13,659 nucleotides of DNA from contig CAZJUI010000004.1 in the NCBI GenBank assembly GCA_964549185.1, positions 40,878 to 54,536 on the forward strand, written 5' to 3'. Both the position numbers and the translations under genes were made by a program. Origin of the DNA: Candidatus Woesearchaeota archaeon (GTDB lineage Archaea; Nanobdellota; Nanobdellia; SCGC-AAA011-G17; JAGVZF01). A model generated the notes under the pieces. The model worked only from the letters and a program-made list of their open reading frames with translations, was not told where the DNA came from and did not search any database. Below, in pieces: positions 1 to 7,351 of this stretch (the first letter of the stretch is position 1; the number at the start of each line of letters is the position of its first letter).

Positions 1-701
1 ATATCAAAACAATAACAAGTTGGGCATAAAGCAGTGCAAGCACCACAGGATAAACATTGGCTAACTCCTTTTTCCCAATCTGGATTATCATAAAATTTAG
101 ATATATCTTTTTTATCTAATCTATCAGCTCCAGGAATTACTTTTTCTTCTTTTGTTATTACTTTATCACTTGATGAAAAATATCTTTTATATTTTTTAAC
201 TAAAGCTTCTCCTTTTTTTGATCCTATTTCAATTAAAAAATGATTTTTTCTATCATAAACCATTAAATCATAGAAATCAACTAATTCTAATGAACCACAA
301 AAACAGTAAGGGCTTGGAGCTGTATTGCAATGATATCCAATCAAAAAACTATTTTCTCTTGCTGCTTTATAATAAGGATCTTTAACTAATTCAAATGCTT
401 TATCTTGATGATGAATCCCATTTAAATCACATCTTCTTATGCCAAAAAACACTCTTTTAGGAGTTTCTAGCTTTGGAGCTTCAATTTGATTTCCTTTAAA
501 ACTAAATAAAGTTTCTTCTTTTTTGAAAAAATATTCTTTCACAGGGAAATAAGAATTTTTTTCTAGATAAATTTCATTAATATCCTTAATCTTTTGAAAT
601 CTTACTAAATCTGTTTTAACAGGAGCTATTAACTCATAGTTAGCCTTTAGTTTATTAAGAAATGCTAATAACCTCTTTTTATCTGTTTTACAAACTTCCA
701 T
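1..701 (-). CDS. 4Fe-4S cluster-binding oxidoreductase subunit (sulfhydrogenase-beta/AsrA-like). N-terminal 233 codons only; the gene runs off the left edge.
   Basis: Not in the ORF track because there is no stop in the window. My reverse-complement translation from ATG (701..699) stays open to position 1: MEVCKTDKKRLLAFLNKLKANYELIAPVKTDLVRFQKIKD...FFGIRRCDLNGIHHQD...GYHCNTAPSPYCFCGS...SQCLSCGACTALCPTCYCFD. The CxxCxxCxxxCP ferredoxin motif followed by CxCF is typical of HydB/AsrA-type Fe-S subunits. Confidence 0.8.
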   Translation of the reverse strand, partial: MEVCKTDKKRLLAFLNKLKANYELIAPVKTDLVRFQKIKDINEIYLEKNSYFPVKEYFFKKEETLFSFKGNQIEAPKLETPKRVFFGIRRCDLNGIHHQDKAFELVKDPYYKAARENSFLIGYHCNTAPSPYCFCGSLELVDFYDLMVYDRKNHFLIEIGSKKGEALVKKYKRYFSSSDKVITKEEKVIPGADRLDKKDISKFYDNPDWEKGVSQCLSCGACTALCPTCYCFD

Positions 702-751
702 TTCACCAATCTAAAATAGATATTTCAATACTTATAAACCTTACCAAAATC

Positions 752-759
752 ATTATAAA
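752..759 (+). promoter_or_regulatory. TATA box for the cupin gene (ATTATAAA), exactly 22 nt upstream of ATG 782
   Basis: This matches the octamer-plus-22-nt spacing seen at several other genes in the window. It supports 782 as the start rather than 662. Confidence 0.55.
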
Positions 760-781
760 TAAGCTATATTCTTTAAAAATT

Positions 782-1090
782 ATGGGAGTAAAGATAGAAA
801 AATGGAACAAAAAAGAGAAACCAGATTTAGAAGATATTGAAAGAAATTACAAACAAAAAGGGATTAATTATCATTTATTTTTTGCATTTCCCGGACCAAT
901 GCAGCCAGATCCTTCTGTGGATTATGAACAAACTAAAATGGTGGTAAACGGAAGTGTTAAATTTGAGATTGATGGAAAGGAATTTATATTAAAAGATGGA
1001 GATAGAATAACAATTCCAAAAGACAAAGAATATAAATTCGGAGTTGTTGATGGATATGAAGTTGTTGTTGTAACATTAAATAAATATTAA
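782..1090 (+). CDS. Small cupin-domain protein (102 aa)
   Basis: MGVKIEKWNKKEKPD...VNGSVKFEIDGKEFILKDGDRITIPKDKEYKF shows a cupin_2-like G-x-F-x-I-x-G...GD-x-I-x-IP pattern. The track ORF starts at 662, but its first 40 aa are low-complexity promoter DNA shared with the divergent gene. Confidence 0.75.
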   Translation: MGVKIEKWNKKEKPDLEDIERNYKQKGINYHLFFAFPGPMQPDPSVDYEQTKMVVNGSVKFEIDGKEFILKDGDRITIPKDKEYKFGVVDGYEVVVVTLNKY

Positions 1091-1540
1091 ATGAAAAAAA
1101 CAAAAAAAATTGCTAGCAAGACGAGAAGATTTTTTGCATATCTAATTGATATTTTAATATTAGATTTAATAATAGTTTATCCTTTTAAAAACTTATTAAA
1201 AAGCTTTAATTTAGATCTTAATTGGAATAATATTAATCAATTATCTCAGATTAGCAACTATGGATTATTGTTAACTATTGGATTAAGTATTGGAATATTA
1301 TCTTTACTTTATTGGGTTTTTATGGAATGGAAGCTAAAACAAACTATAGGAAAAATGATATTTAATATTAAAGTTATTAGTGAAGGAAATTTAGAGTTTT
1401 GGCAAGCTTTAGTAAGAAATATAAGCAAACCAATCAACATACTATTATTGGTTGATATATTATATATGTTGATAAATAAAACTCATTTAAGATTGTTTGA
1501 TAAATTAGCTAAAACAGAAGTTGTTGGGGTAGAAAAATGA
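1091..1540 (+). CDS. RDD-family membrane protein
   Basis: N-terminal RRFFAYLIDILILDLII is the R..A..ID signature of RDD domains, and there are about 3 hydrophobic segments. The start codon directly abuts the cupin stop (TAAATG). Confidence 0.75.
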   Translation: MKKTKKIASKTRRFFAYLIDILILDLIIVYPFKNLLKSFNLDLNWNNINQLSQISNYGLLLTIGLSIGILSLLYWVFMEWKLKQTIGKMIFNIKVISEGNLEFWQALVRNISKPINILLLVDILYMLINKTHLRLFDKLAKTEVVGVEK

Positions 1541-2457
1541 AGAAATGGAAATTTGTAATTGTTTTATTAATAATATTATGGCTAGCTGCTGTTATAACAT
1601 CTAATTATATTAAAGAAAATAATAAACCAAGCTTTCAAGATAATAATATAGCTTTAATTCCGATTTCAGGGGAGATAACAAGCTCAGGAGATTCTAACTT
1701 ACCATTTGGCACTTCGGGAACTTCTAGTGAAATTTTAGTTGACTTAATAAAAAAAGCAAATGATGATGGAAGTATAAAAGGGATAATCCTTGAAATTAAT
1801 AGTCCAGGAGGAACCGTATTGGCAAGCAAAGAAATAACAGATGCTGTTAAAGAAAGTAAAAAACCAGTTGTAGCTTGGATAAGAGAACTTGGAGCTTCTG
1901 GAGCTTATTGGGTTGCAAGCGGTTCTGATTATATAATAGCTGATCCAATGTCAATTACTGGAAGTATTGGAGTTATTGGAAGTTATTTACAGTTTGAAAA
2001 GTTAATGGAAAAATATGGAATTACATATGAACAATTAACGACAGGAAAATATAAAGATACAGGAAGTCCGTTTAGAGAGTTAACAACTGAAGAAAGAAAC
2101 TTATTGCAAGGAAAATTAAACATAATTCACGATTATTTTGTTAGCGATGTTGCAGCCAATAGAAAATTAAGTAAAGAGCAAGTTGAGAAATTGGCTAATG
2201 GAATCTTTTATCTCGGGGTTGAAGCAAAAGATCTTGGATTAGTTGATGGATTGGGCGGAAAAAAAGAAGCAGAAGAAAAGATAAAAGAGTTAACTGGATT
2301 AAAAACAATAAATTTAGTAAGTTATCAAAGAAAAAAGAGTTTTTTTGAAAGCTTAGTTGGATTATCAGCTTACAATTCTTATTTTGTTGGCAAAGGAATT
2401 GGAGAAGGAATAGTAACAAAAGCAAAAGATAGTGGAAACTTAATACCTACAGTATGA
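1537..2457 (+). CDS. sppA: Signal peptide peptidase SppA, 36K type (S49 family)
   Basis: N-terminal TM anchor. Motifs: IALIPISGEI, IKGIILEINSPGGTV, GASGAYWVASGSDYIIADPMSITGSIGVIG, GKYKD. ATGA overlap with the upstream gene. Confidence 0.9.
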   Translation: MKKWKFVIVLLIILWLAAVITSNYIKENNKPSFQDNNIALIPISGEITSSGDSNLPFGTSGTSSEILVDLIKKANDDGSIKGIILEINSPGGTVLASKEITDAVKESKKPVVAWIRELGASGAYWVASGSDYIIADPMSITGSIGVIGSYLQFEKLMEKYGITYEQLTTGKYKDTGSPFRELTTEERNLLQGKLNIIHDYFVSDVAANRKLSKEQVEKLANGIFYLGVEAKDLGLVDGLGGKKEAEEKIKELTGLKTINLVSYQRKKSFFESLVGLSAYNSYFVGKGIGEGIVTKAKDSGNLIPTV

Positions 2458-3995
2458 AAATAGAAGAGATAAGAGAAGAAATAGAACTATTTGAAGAAGA
2501 AGTAGCTAGAGAAGCTTATGCAAATAGAATAGGACTAAAGGATGAGTTAAATATTGCCAAGATATTTGAAAAATATAAAAAAATATTTGATAAAGAGAAC
2601 ATTATATTAATAGAAAATAAGGTAAAAAATACAAAAGATAGATTAGAAAGAAGAATTTATGAACATATTTTATATTATTTAATTAACGGATATTTAGATT
2701 TAAAAGTTGCTAAAATGCAGGATGAAGTTGAAACTTATGAAGCTAAGGCTTTTGTTAAATATAACAGAAAAAAGATAAACTTTAGACATCTCGGAGTTAT
2801 GGTTGTTAATGAAAAAGATAAGAAAATCAGAGATGAGATGGCTGATTTGGATATTAATATCAAGAAAAAATTAAATTCTTACTATAAAATATTATTGGAA
2901 AATGATTATAGAATGTTGAAAAATTTACAATTTAAGAGTTATCAACAATTTTTTGAATTAATCAAGGAAATTGATTACAATGATCTAGAAAAAGTTTTAA
3001 AGAAATTTTTAATAGATACTGGTGAAAGATTTGAAAGATTAATGGAAAATTTAATGAAAGAGATTAAATTAAATTTAAAAGATACTAAAAATTATGACGC
3101 AGCTCATTATTTCCAGGGAAAACAATTTGATAAATATTTCCCAAAAGAGAAGTTAATGGAAGTTTTTTCTAGAACATTATTGAACCTAGGATTTGATATT
3201 AAAAACCAGAAAAACATTGAATTAGACATAGAAGATAGACCAAAGAAAGTTGCAAGAGCTTTTTGCTATCCGATTAAAGTTCCTGGAGAAGTTAAATTGG
3301 TTATTAAACCACATGGCGGCCATGATGATTATGAAAGTATGTTGCATGAATCAGGACATGCAGAACATTATGGAAATACAAGCGATAAGTTACCGTTTGA
3401 ATTAAAAATGTTAGGTGGTAATCATTCTGTTTCTGAAACTTATGCTTTTCTTTTTGGATTTTTATTGATGAATAAGGAATGGTTAAGGTATTATATCAAA
3501 CTAGATGAAAAAATTATTGACAAGTTTTACAGAATGAGTGAGGGATATAAGTTATTTATGTTCAGAAGATATTGCGGAAAATTAATTTATGAATTAAAAT
3601 TACATAATAAGAACTTAAAAAAATTAAATGATAAATTTGAAGAAATTAATGAAAAATATAAAGATATGGGAGAATGTTACAAAGACATTTTATCTAAAGC
3701 TACAAAGACTATTTATAATAAGAAAAATTATCTAACTGATGTGGATGACGGATTTTATTCTGCTGATTATTTAAGAGCTTGGATTATGGAAGCCCAATTG
3801 AGAAATAGATTAAATGAAAAATTTGGCATTAGATGGTTTTTAAATAAAGAGGCTGGAGATTTATTAAGAAAACTTTATTCTTATGGAGATAGTAAAAAAA
3901 TAGATGAAATTGCTAAAGAGATGGGATATGATTGGCTTAAGATAAAATATTTATTTGATGAGTTTAATAGGTTTTTAGATGAATATGCTATATAA
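2454..3995 (+). CDS. HExxH zinc metallopeptidase, oligoendopeptidase-F-like (M3, possibly M32-like)
   Basis: 513 aa, largely helical, with a single MLHESGHAEHY zinc-binding motif about two-thirds of the way in, as in M3/M32 peptidases. ATGA overlap with sppA. Confidence 0.7.
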   Translation: MKIEEIREEIELFEEEVAREAYANRIGLKDELNIAKIFEKYKKIFDKENIILIENKVKNTKDRLERRIYEHILYYLINGYLDLKVAKMQDEVETYEAKAFVKYNRKKINFRHLGVMVVNEKDKKIRDEMADLDINIKKKLNSYYKILLENDYRMLKNLQFKSYQQFFELIKEIDYNDLEKVLKKFLIDTGERFERLMENLMKEIKLNLKDTKNYDAAHYFQGKQFDKYFPKEKLMEVFSRTLLNLGFDIKNQKNIELDIEDRPKKVARAFCYPIKVPGEVKLVIKPHGGHDDYESMLHESGHAEHYGNTSDKLPFELKMLGGNHSVSETYAFLFGFLLMNKEWLRYYIKLDEKIIDKFYRMSEGYKLFMFRRYCGKLIYELKLHNKNLKKLNDKFEEINEKYKDMGECYKDILSKATKTIYNKKNYLTDVDDGFYSADYLRAWIMEAQLRNRLNEKFGIRWFLNKEAGDLLRKLYSYGDSKKIDEIAKEMGYDWLKIKYLFDEFNRFLDEYAI

Positions 3996-4113
3996 ATGCA
4001 AAGAATGTGGAATGAAGTATAAGGATAAGAAAATTAGAGATAGATGTCAAAGATGGTGTAAGAAGAATAAAAGTTGTAATTTAGATATAATAAAGTATGC
4101 TGTGAATTCTTAA
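3985..4113 (+). CDS. 42-aa five-cysteine small protein (putative zinc-binding), not in the ORF track
   Basis: Hand translation: MLYKCKECGMKYKDKKIRDRCQRWCKKNKSCNLDIIKYAVNS*. It has CxxC plus C-x3-C-x5-C, which is a high Cys density for this genome. It overlaps the peptidase stop by 11 nt and fills an otherwise non-coding gap. Confidence 0.55.
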   Translation: MLYKCKECGMKYKDKKIRDRCQRWCKKNKSCNLDIIKYAVNS

Positions 4114-4526
4114 AACTCACTTAAATACTTAGTTTTTAAATCTTTTATCAATTTAATCATTTCTTTAACATTTTCTTTAACTTCTTTAACAGAGATATCT
4201 TTTCCATAATAATTTATTCCATTTCTTATCTTTCTAAATCTATCAAATTTTAAGGAGATTAATTCTTCTTCTTTTTCCTTTAAAAAATAAGTAAAAGCTT
4301 CGTGAGAATATACTTTATATCCCTCTAAAACAGAAATTGCTTCCACTATACTTCTTAAAACATCATAATAATTACTCATTATCTTTCTTGCAGAATTATC
4401 ATTAATCTCTAGATTATCTAAAAATTTAAGATCATTTTCTGCTGTAGAAATTAAAGATTTAACTAAAGCTATATCCTTAGAAGCTTTTCTAACCTGTCCT
4501 TTTTCTATGAAATCATTTAACTTCAT
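4110..4526 (-). CDS. HEPN-like domain protein, partner of the upstream nucleotidyltransferase
   Basis: 138 aa, all-helical, with a C-terminal FDRFRKIRNGINYYG segment (the R-x-x-R-N block of HEPN domains). ATGA overlap with the MNT gene, as in the classic MNT-HEPN arrangement. Confidence 0.7.
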   Translation of the reverse strand: MKLNDFIEKGQVRKASKDIALVKSLISTAENDLKFLDNLEINDNSARKIMSNYYDVLRSIVEAISVLEGYKVYSHEAFTYFLKEKEEELISLKFDRFRKIRNGINYYGKDISVKEVKENVKEMIKLIKDLKTKYLSEF

Positions 4527-5053
4527 TTAAACACTTCCCAAAAACCATATAAAACAATGCCATTTACAAGGTTATTGAGAAGTTCTTTATTCTTATTTTT
4601 AAGCTTATCTATATCAGAATTAGAATATAAAAACAGTTGTATCTTAATATCCAATAGTTTTTCGTATTTCGTTAAATTTAATTCTTTTTTTAAGGGAGTT
4701 ATTATTAATATATCTATGTCACTATGTTGATTATTTTCTGCTTTTCTGAAAGATCCAAACAATAAGATGGCTTCAGGATGATTAAATTCCTCTATCAAAT
4801 AATTAATTAATCCAGAGTTTCTTAAAATTTCTATATTATAAAATAATTTTATATCTTTAAAGCTTGGATTTTCACTATTTGCTTTGAATAATTTATGATT
4901 AAATTTATATTTAGATATTAATAGATTATCTTTTTCTAATTTTGATAAATACTTCGAAATTGTAGTTGGAGATTTTTTTGTTAACTTAGCTAATTCTCTA
5001 ACATGAAATTCTCTTTCTGGTTCTTTTTTGAAAAAATCAAATATTCTCTCCAT
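4523..5053 (-). CDS. Winged-HTH fused to a minimal nucleotidyltransferase (MNT) domain
   Basis: N-terminus FHVRELAKLTKKSPTTISKYLSKLEKDNLL looks like a wHTH. It is followed by ILLFGSFRKAENNQHSDIDILIIT, which fits G-S-x10-D-x-D of pol-beta-fold MNTs. Confidence 0.8.
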   Translation of the reverse strand: MERIFDFFKKEPEREFHVRELAKLTKKSPTTISKYLSKLEKDNLLISKYKFNHKLFKANSENPSFKDIKLFYNIEILRNSGLINYLIEEFNHPEAILLFGSFRKAENNQHSDIDILIITPLKKELNLTKYEKLLDIKIQLFLYSNSDIDKLKNKNKELLNNLVNGIVLYGFWEVFK

Positions 5054-5062
5054 TTTAATAGA

Positions 5063-5100
5063 TACTTGTCCAAAAAAATGAACACTTGTCTATTTATATA
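5063..5100 (-). promoter_or_regulatory. TATA-like element (5091-5100) plus two direct repeats ACTTGTC-N-A (5064-5070 and 5084-5090) spaced exactly 20 nt apart. Putative operator for the wHTH-MNT protein.
   Basis: Repeat units tACTTGTCcA and cACTTGTCtA lie between the TATA element and ATG 5053. The two-helical-turn spacing is seen directly in the sequence. Confidence 0.45.
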
Positions 5101-5132
5101 GTTTTCTATCCCTTAAATCCATTATAGAAAGC

Positions 5133-5140
5133 TTTAAAAT
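5133..5140 (+). promoter_or_regulatory. TATA box (TTTAAAAT) for the SRP RNA, 21 nt upstream of G5162
   Basis: Spacing matches the other promoters in the window. Confidence 0.5.
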
Positions 5141-5161
5141 AACAATATTCTTAAATTAATT

Positions 5162-5423
5162 GTAGGCTAGGTGGCCGGCTAGTCCTCGGCTGCACTGTAA
5201 ACGGACTTCATGACAGACTGAAGCTTAGTGAGGTATAGACTTTAGCTTTTGGTCTCAAGTCGTACAACGATCCTCTGTCCTGTAAGGCTGAGGTTCTTGT
5301 GAATCGCGCCAGGTCAGGAATGAAGCAACGCTAAACATTAATCTTGGTGTTTATGGGGTAGCAGAGGGGAGGAAAGCTTGAGGTAGCCAGAGTTGGGGTT
5401 CTATAACGAGCTAAGCGGCCTAC
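5162..5423 (+). ncRNA. ffs: Signal recognition particle RNA (archaeal 7S/SRP RNA)
   Basis: A GC-rich island in AT-rich DNA. The 5' GUAGGCUAGGUGGCCGG pairs with the 3' GCGGCCUAC. CACUGUAAAC is Alu-domain-like. The helix-8 core CAGGUCA-GGAA-UGAAGCAAC aligns base-for-base with the universal CAGGUCC-GGAA-GGAAGCAGC, including a GNAR tetraloop. An oligo-T tract follows. Confidence 0.9.
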
Positions 5424-5435
5424 TTTATAATTAAA

Positions 5436-5708
5436 ATGGCAAAATACAAACAATTATGCATTCGATGTAAGAAAAATTATGTTGAGATGCATTGGAAGCA
5501 AAAACCATATTGCGTGAAATGCGAACTAGATTATTTAGATGAGCCAATAAATGATCCTAAATTTAGAAAATTATTTAATATTGACAAAAAATTATATGAG
5601 CAATCTTATTTTTTAAGAAGTATTAAAAAAAATTATCTATCTTATAGAAAACTAAGCGATGCTCAGATTGAAGCTTTTAAGAAAACTGTTAAAGATTTAT
5701 CTAAATAA
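5436..5708 (+). CDS. Hypothetical 90-aa protein with an N-terminal CxxC...CxxC zinc ribbon
   Basis: LCIRCKKNYVEMHWKQKPYCVKCE followed by a basic helical tail. It starts 13 nt after the SRP RNA. Confidence 0.6.
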   Translation: MAKYKQLCIRCKKNYVEMHWKQKPYCVKCELDYLDEPINDPKFRKLFNIDKKLYEQSYFLRSIKKNYLSYRKLSDAQIEAFKKTVKDLSK

Positions 5709-5727
5709 TCTTTTAATTACAATAATA

Positions 5728-5735
5728 TTTAAATA
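5728..5735 (+). promoter_or_regulatory. TATA box (TTTAAATA) exactly 22 nt upstream of ATG 5758
   Basis: Spacing rule seen directly in the sequence. Confidence 0.5.
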
Positions 5736-5757
5736 TCTAGTCTTATTTTAGTTTTAT

Positions 5758-6831
5758 ATGGATGTTTTAGATGAAATTTTGAGATTGGAGAAAGATACTA
5801 AGAATACGATTTCTAAAAACAATAAAAAGATTGAAACTATAAAAGAGAAAATAATAAAAAAGGAGCTTTCTACTGGAGATAATATTAAAGACTTTTTAAT
5901 AATTTTGAATTCTTCATTAAATCAAGAAATGGATGGAGAGCTTAGATTATTAAAAAATAAAATTATGGATAAACAAGGCGAACAAATATTGGTCGATAGA
6001 ACCAGAGTTGGCAAACATGGCAAAGATGGTTGTTTCAGCAGTAGTTATGAGATTGAGGAAAATGAAGAACTAAGAATTGGAATTATAAAAGGTGAATTAA
6101 ATTTTGATTTATCCAGTTATAATATTTTAATTCCTACAGAAAAACATGCTATAGGGAAAGGGAGGAATATATTAGAACTAAATGATAGAAAATTTCAATT
6201 AGTTTCTGAGCCTATTAAAATTCAAGCTATAGATTTTTTTGATGGATTTTTAAAATTAACACCAATTTTTGGTTATGGTGAAGAAATGGGACACAATACC
6301 CTTAGGGGTAGGTTTATGGATAATAAAACTAGAGTAATTTTAGGTAATGATCAAGTTGAATTATATTTTAAACTTTCTAAAGATTTAGGATTTTATGAAC
6401 ATTTAGATGATATGTTAAGTGGCAAGATGGATAAAGAGAGTATTGCAAATTGGCTGGAGCATTATCGAATTTTTGATTTATCTTATGTTGATGCATTAAA
6501 TGTTTTGGGATTAGATATACCTGGAGAATTTAAAACGCAATATGATGATAAGTCATATAAACGTAAAATAGAGATAATAGAAGATTTAGAAAAACAAACT
6601 AAAGAAGAATCACTATTGGAAAATAAAGTTAACTTAACACGTGAGCTAAGAGATGAGTTACGATTGGTAAAAAGAGATATAGCAATAACTTTAATGGAGG
6701 CAATTGAACTAAAGATGGATAAAGAGAAATTTACATTAAAAAAAGCACCTGGTGTAACAATGGAAGTTTCAGAATATATTTCAGCATTATTAAATAAATA
6801 TGGAGATTATAAAATTGAAATTGTTAAGTAG
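5758..6831 (+). CDS. Hypothetical 357-aa protein: coiled-coil N- and C-terminal segments around a globular core
   Basis: Long clean ORF with coding-like composition. No motif I recognise. Confidence 0.8.
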   Translation: MDVLDEILRLEKDTKNTISKNNKKIETIKEKIIKKELSTGDNIKDFLIILNSSLNQEMDGELRLLKNKIMDKQGEQILVDRTRVGKHGKDGCFSSSYEIEENEELRIGIIKGELNFDLSSYNILIPTEKHAIGKGRNILELNDRKFQLVSEPIKIQAIDFFDGFLKLTPIFGYGEEMGHNTLRGRFMDNKTRVILGNDQVELYFKLSKDLGFYEHLDDMLSGKMDKESIANWLEHYRIFDLSYVDALNVLGLDIPGEFKTQYDDKSYKRKIEIIEDLEKQTKEESLLENKVNLTRELRDELRLVKRDIAITLMEAIELKMDKEKFTLKKAPGVTMEVSEYISALLNKYGDYKIEIVK

Positions 6832-7312
6832 ACTGATTACTAATTTGGTTTAAGACAGGACCGACATTTCTGGCTAAATTTCCATATAATCTTCTAATGA
6901 TTAATTCATAAATACCTTCTTTTAATGGACCTGTGCAATAATCAATAACATTTTCATTTTTTATTATATCAAATTTATCTATGCCTTCTTTAGGAACTGT
7001 ACAATACATTGTTTTTCCTTCTAATAATTGTTTAGCTTCTTGATTAGAATCTGAAACTTTAGTCAATGTTATTGCAAATTTGCATTCTTTTGTCAATGAA
7101 TTAGTTATTTCATAATAATATGAATTATCATCTTTCAATAAACTAAGTTTAGCTGGATTACATATTTTAGCTTCTTTTACAAAACATTCTTGGTCTGTAT
7201 TACAGTCTTTTTTATATGATAAGAAAAAAATAGAACCTATAATTATTATAATAGCAATTGCTATGCCAATATTAAATAGATTAAATATCTTTGTTTCACT
7301 CTCTTTTTTCAT
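6824..7312 (-). CDS. Membrane-anchored or secreted cysteine-rich protein (162 aa)
   Basis: N-terminal signal-anchor IGIAIAIIIIIGSIFFL, then 6 Cys in an extracytoplasmic domain (CNTDQECFVKEAKICNP...C...C...C). Overlaps the convergent 5758 gene by 8 nt. Confidence 0.7.
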   Translation of the reverse strand: MKKESETKIFNLFNIGIAIAIIIIIGSIFFLSYKKDCNTDQECFVKEAKICNPAKLSLLKDDNSYYYEITNSLTKECKFAITLTKVSDSNQEAKQLLEGKTMYCTVPKEGIDKFDIIKNENVIDYCTGPLKEGIYELIIRRLYGNLARNVGPVLNQISNQST

Positions 7313-7351
7313 TAATATTAATAACTTATTATAAGTTTATTAAAGTTTTGG

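Noticed and set aside
703-707. GGTGA (minus strand) as a Shine-Dalgarno for the Fe-S gene
   Set aside because: Only 1 nt separates it from the ATG, which is too close to function as an SD.
662-781. N-terminal 40 codons of track ORF 662..1090 (MLITSFYLFYKLPFHQSKIDISILINLTKIIINKLYSLKI)
   Set aside because: Low-complexity A/T translation that overlaps the start of the divergent Fe-S gene (ATG at 701) and the TATA box at 752-759. ATG 782 sits at the canonical 22-nt spacing and begins the cupin-like sequence.
1635-1829. 64-aa minus-strand ORF inside sppA
   Set aside because: Antisense to a confidently identified gene, with no motif. A typical shadow ORF.
2195-2425. 76-aa minus-strand ORF (Leu/Phe-rich) inside sppA
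   Set aside because: Antisense shadow ORF. Its low-complexity L/F composition arises from antisense Lys/Glu codons.
5370-5390. GGGGAGGAAAGCUUGAGG inside the RNA at 5162-5423 as an RNase P CR-I motif
   Set aside because: It lies near the 3' end, whereas CR-I is 5'-proximal. The RNA instead carries the exact SRP helix-8 core and Alu-domain features, so SRP RNA is the better call.
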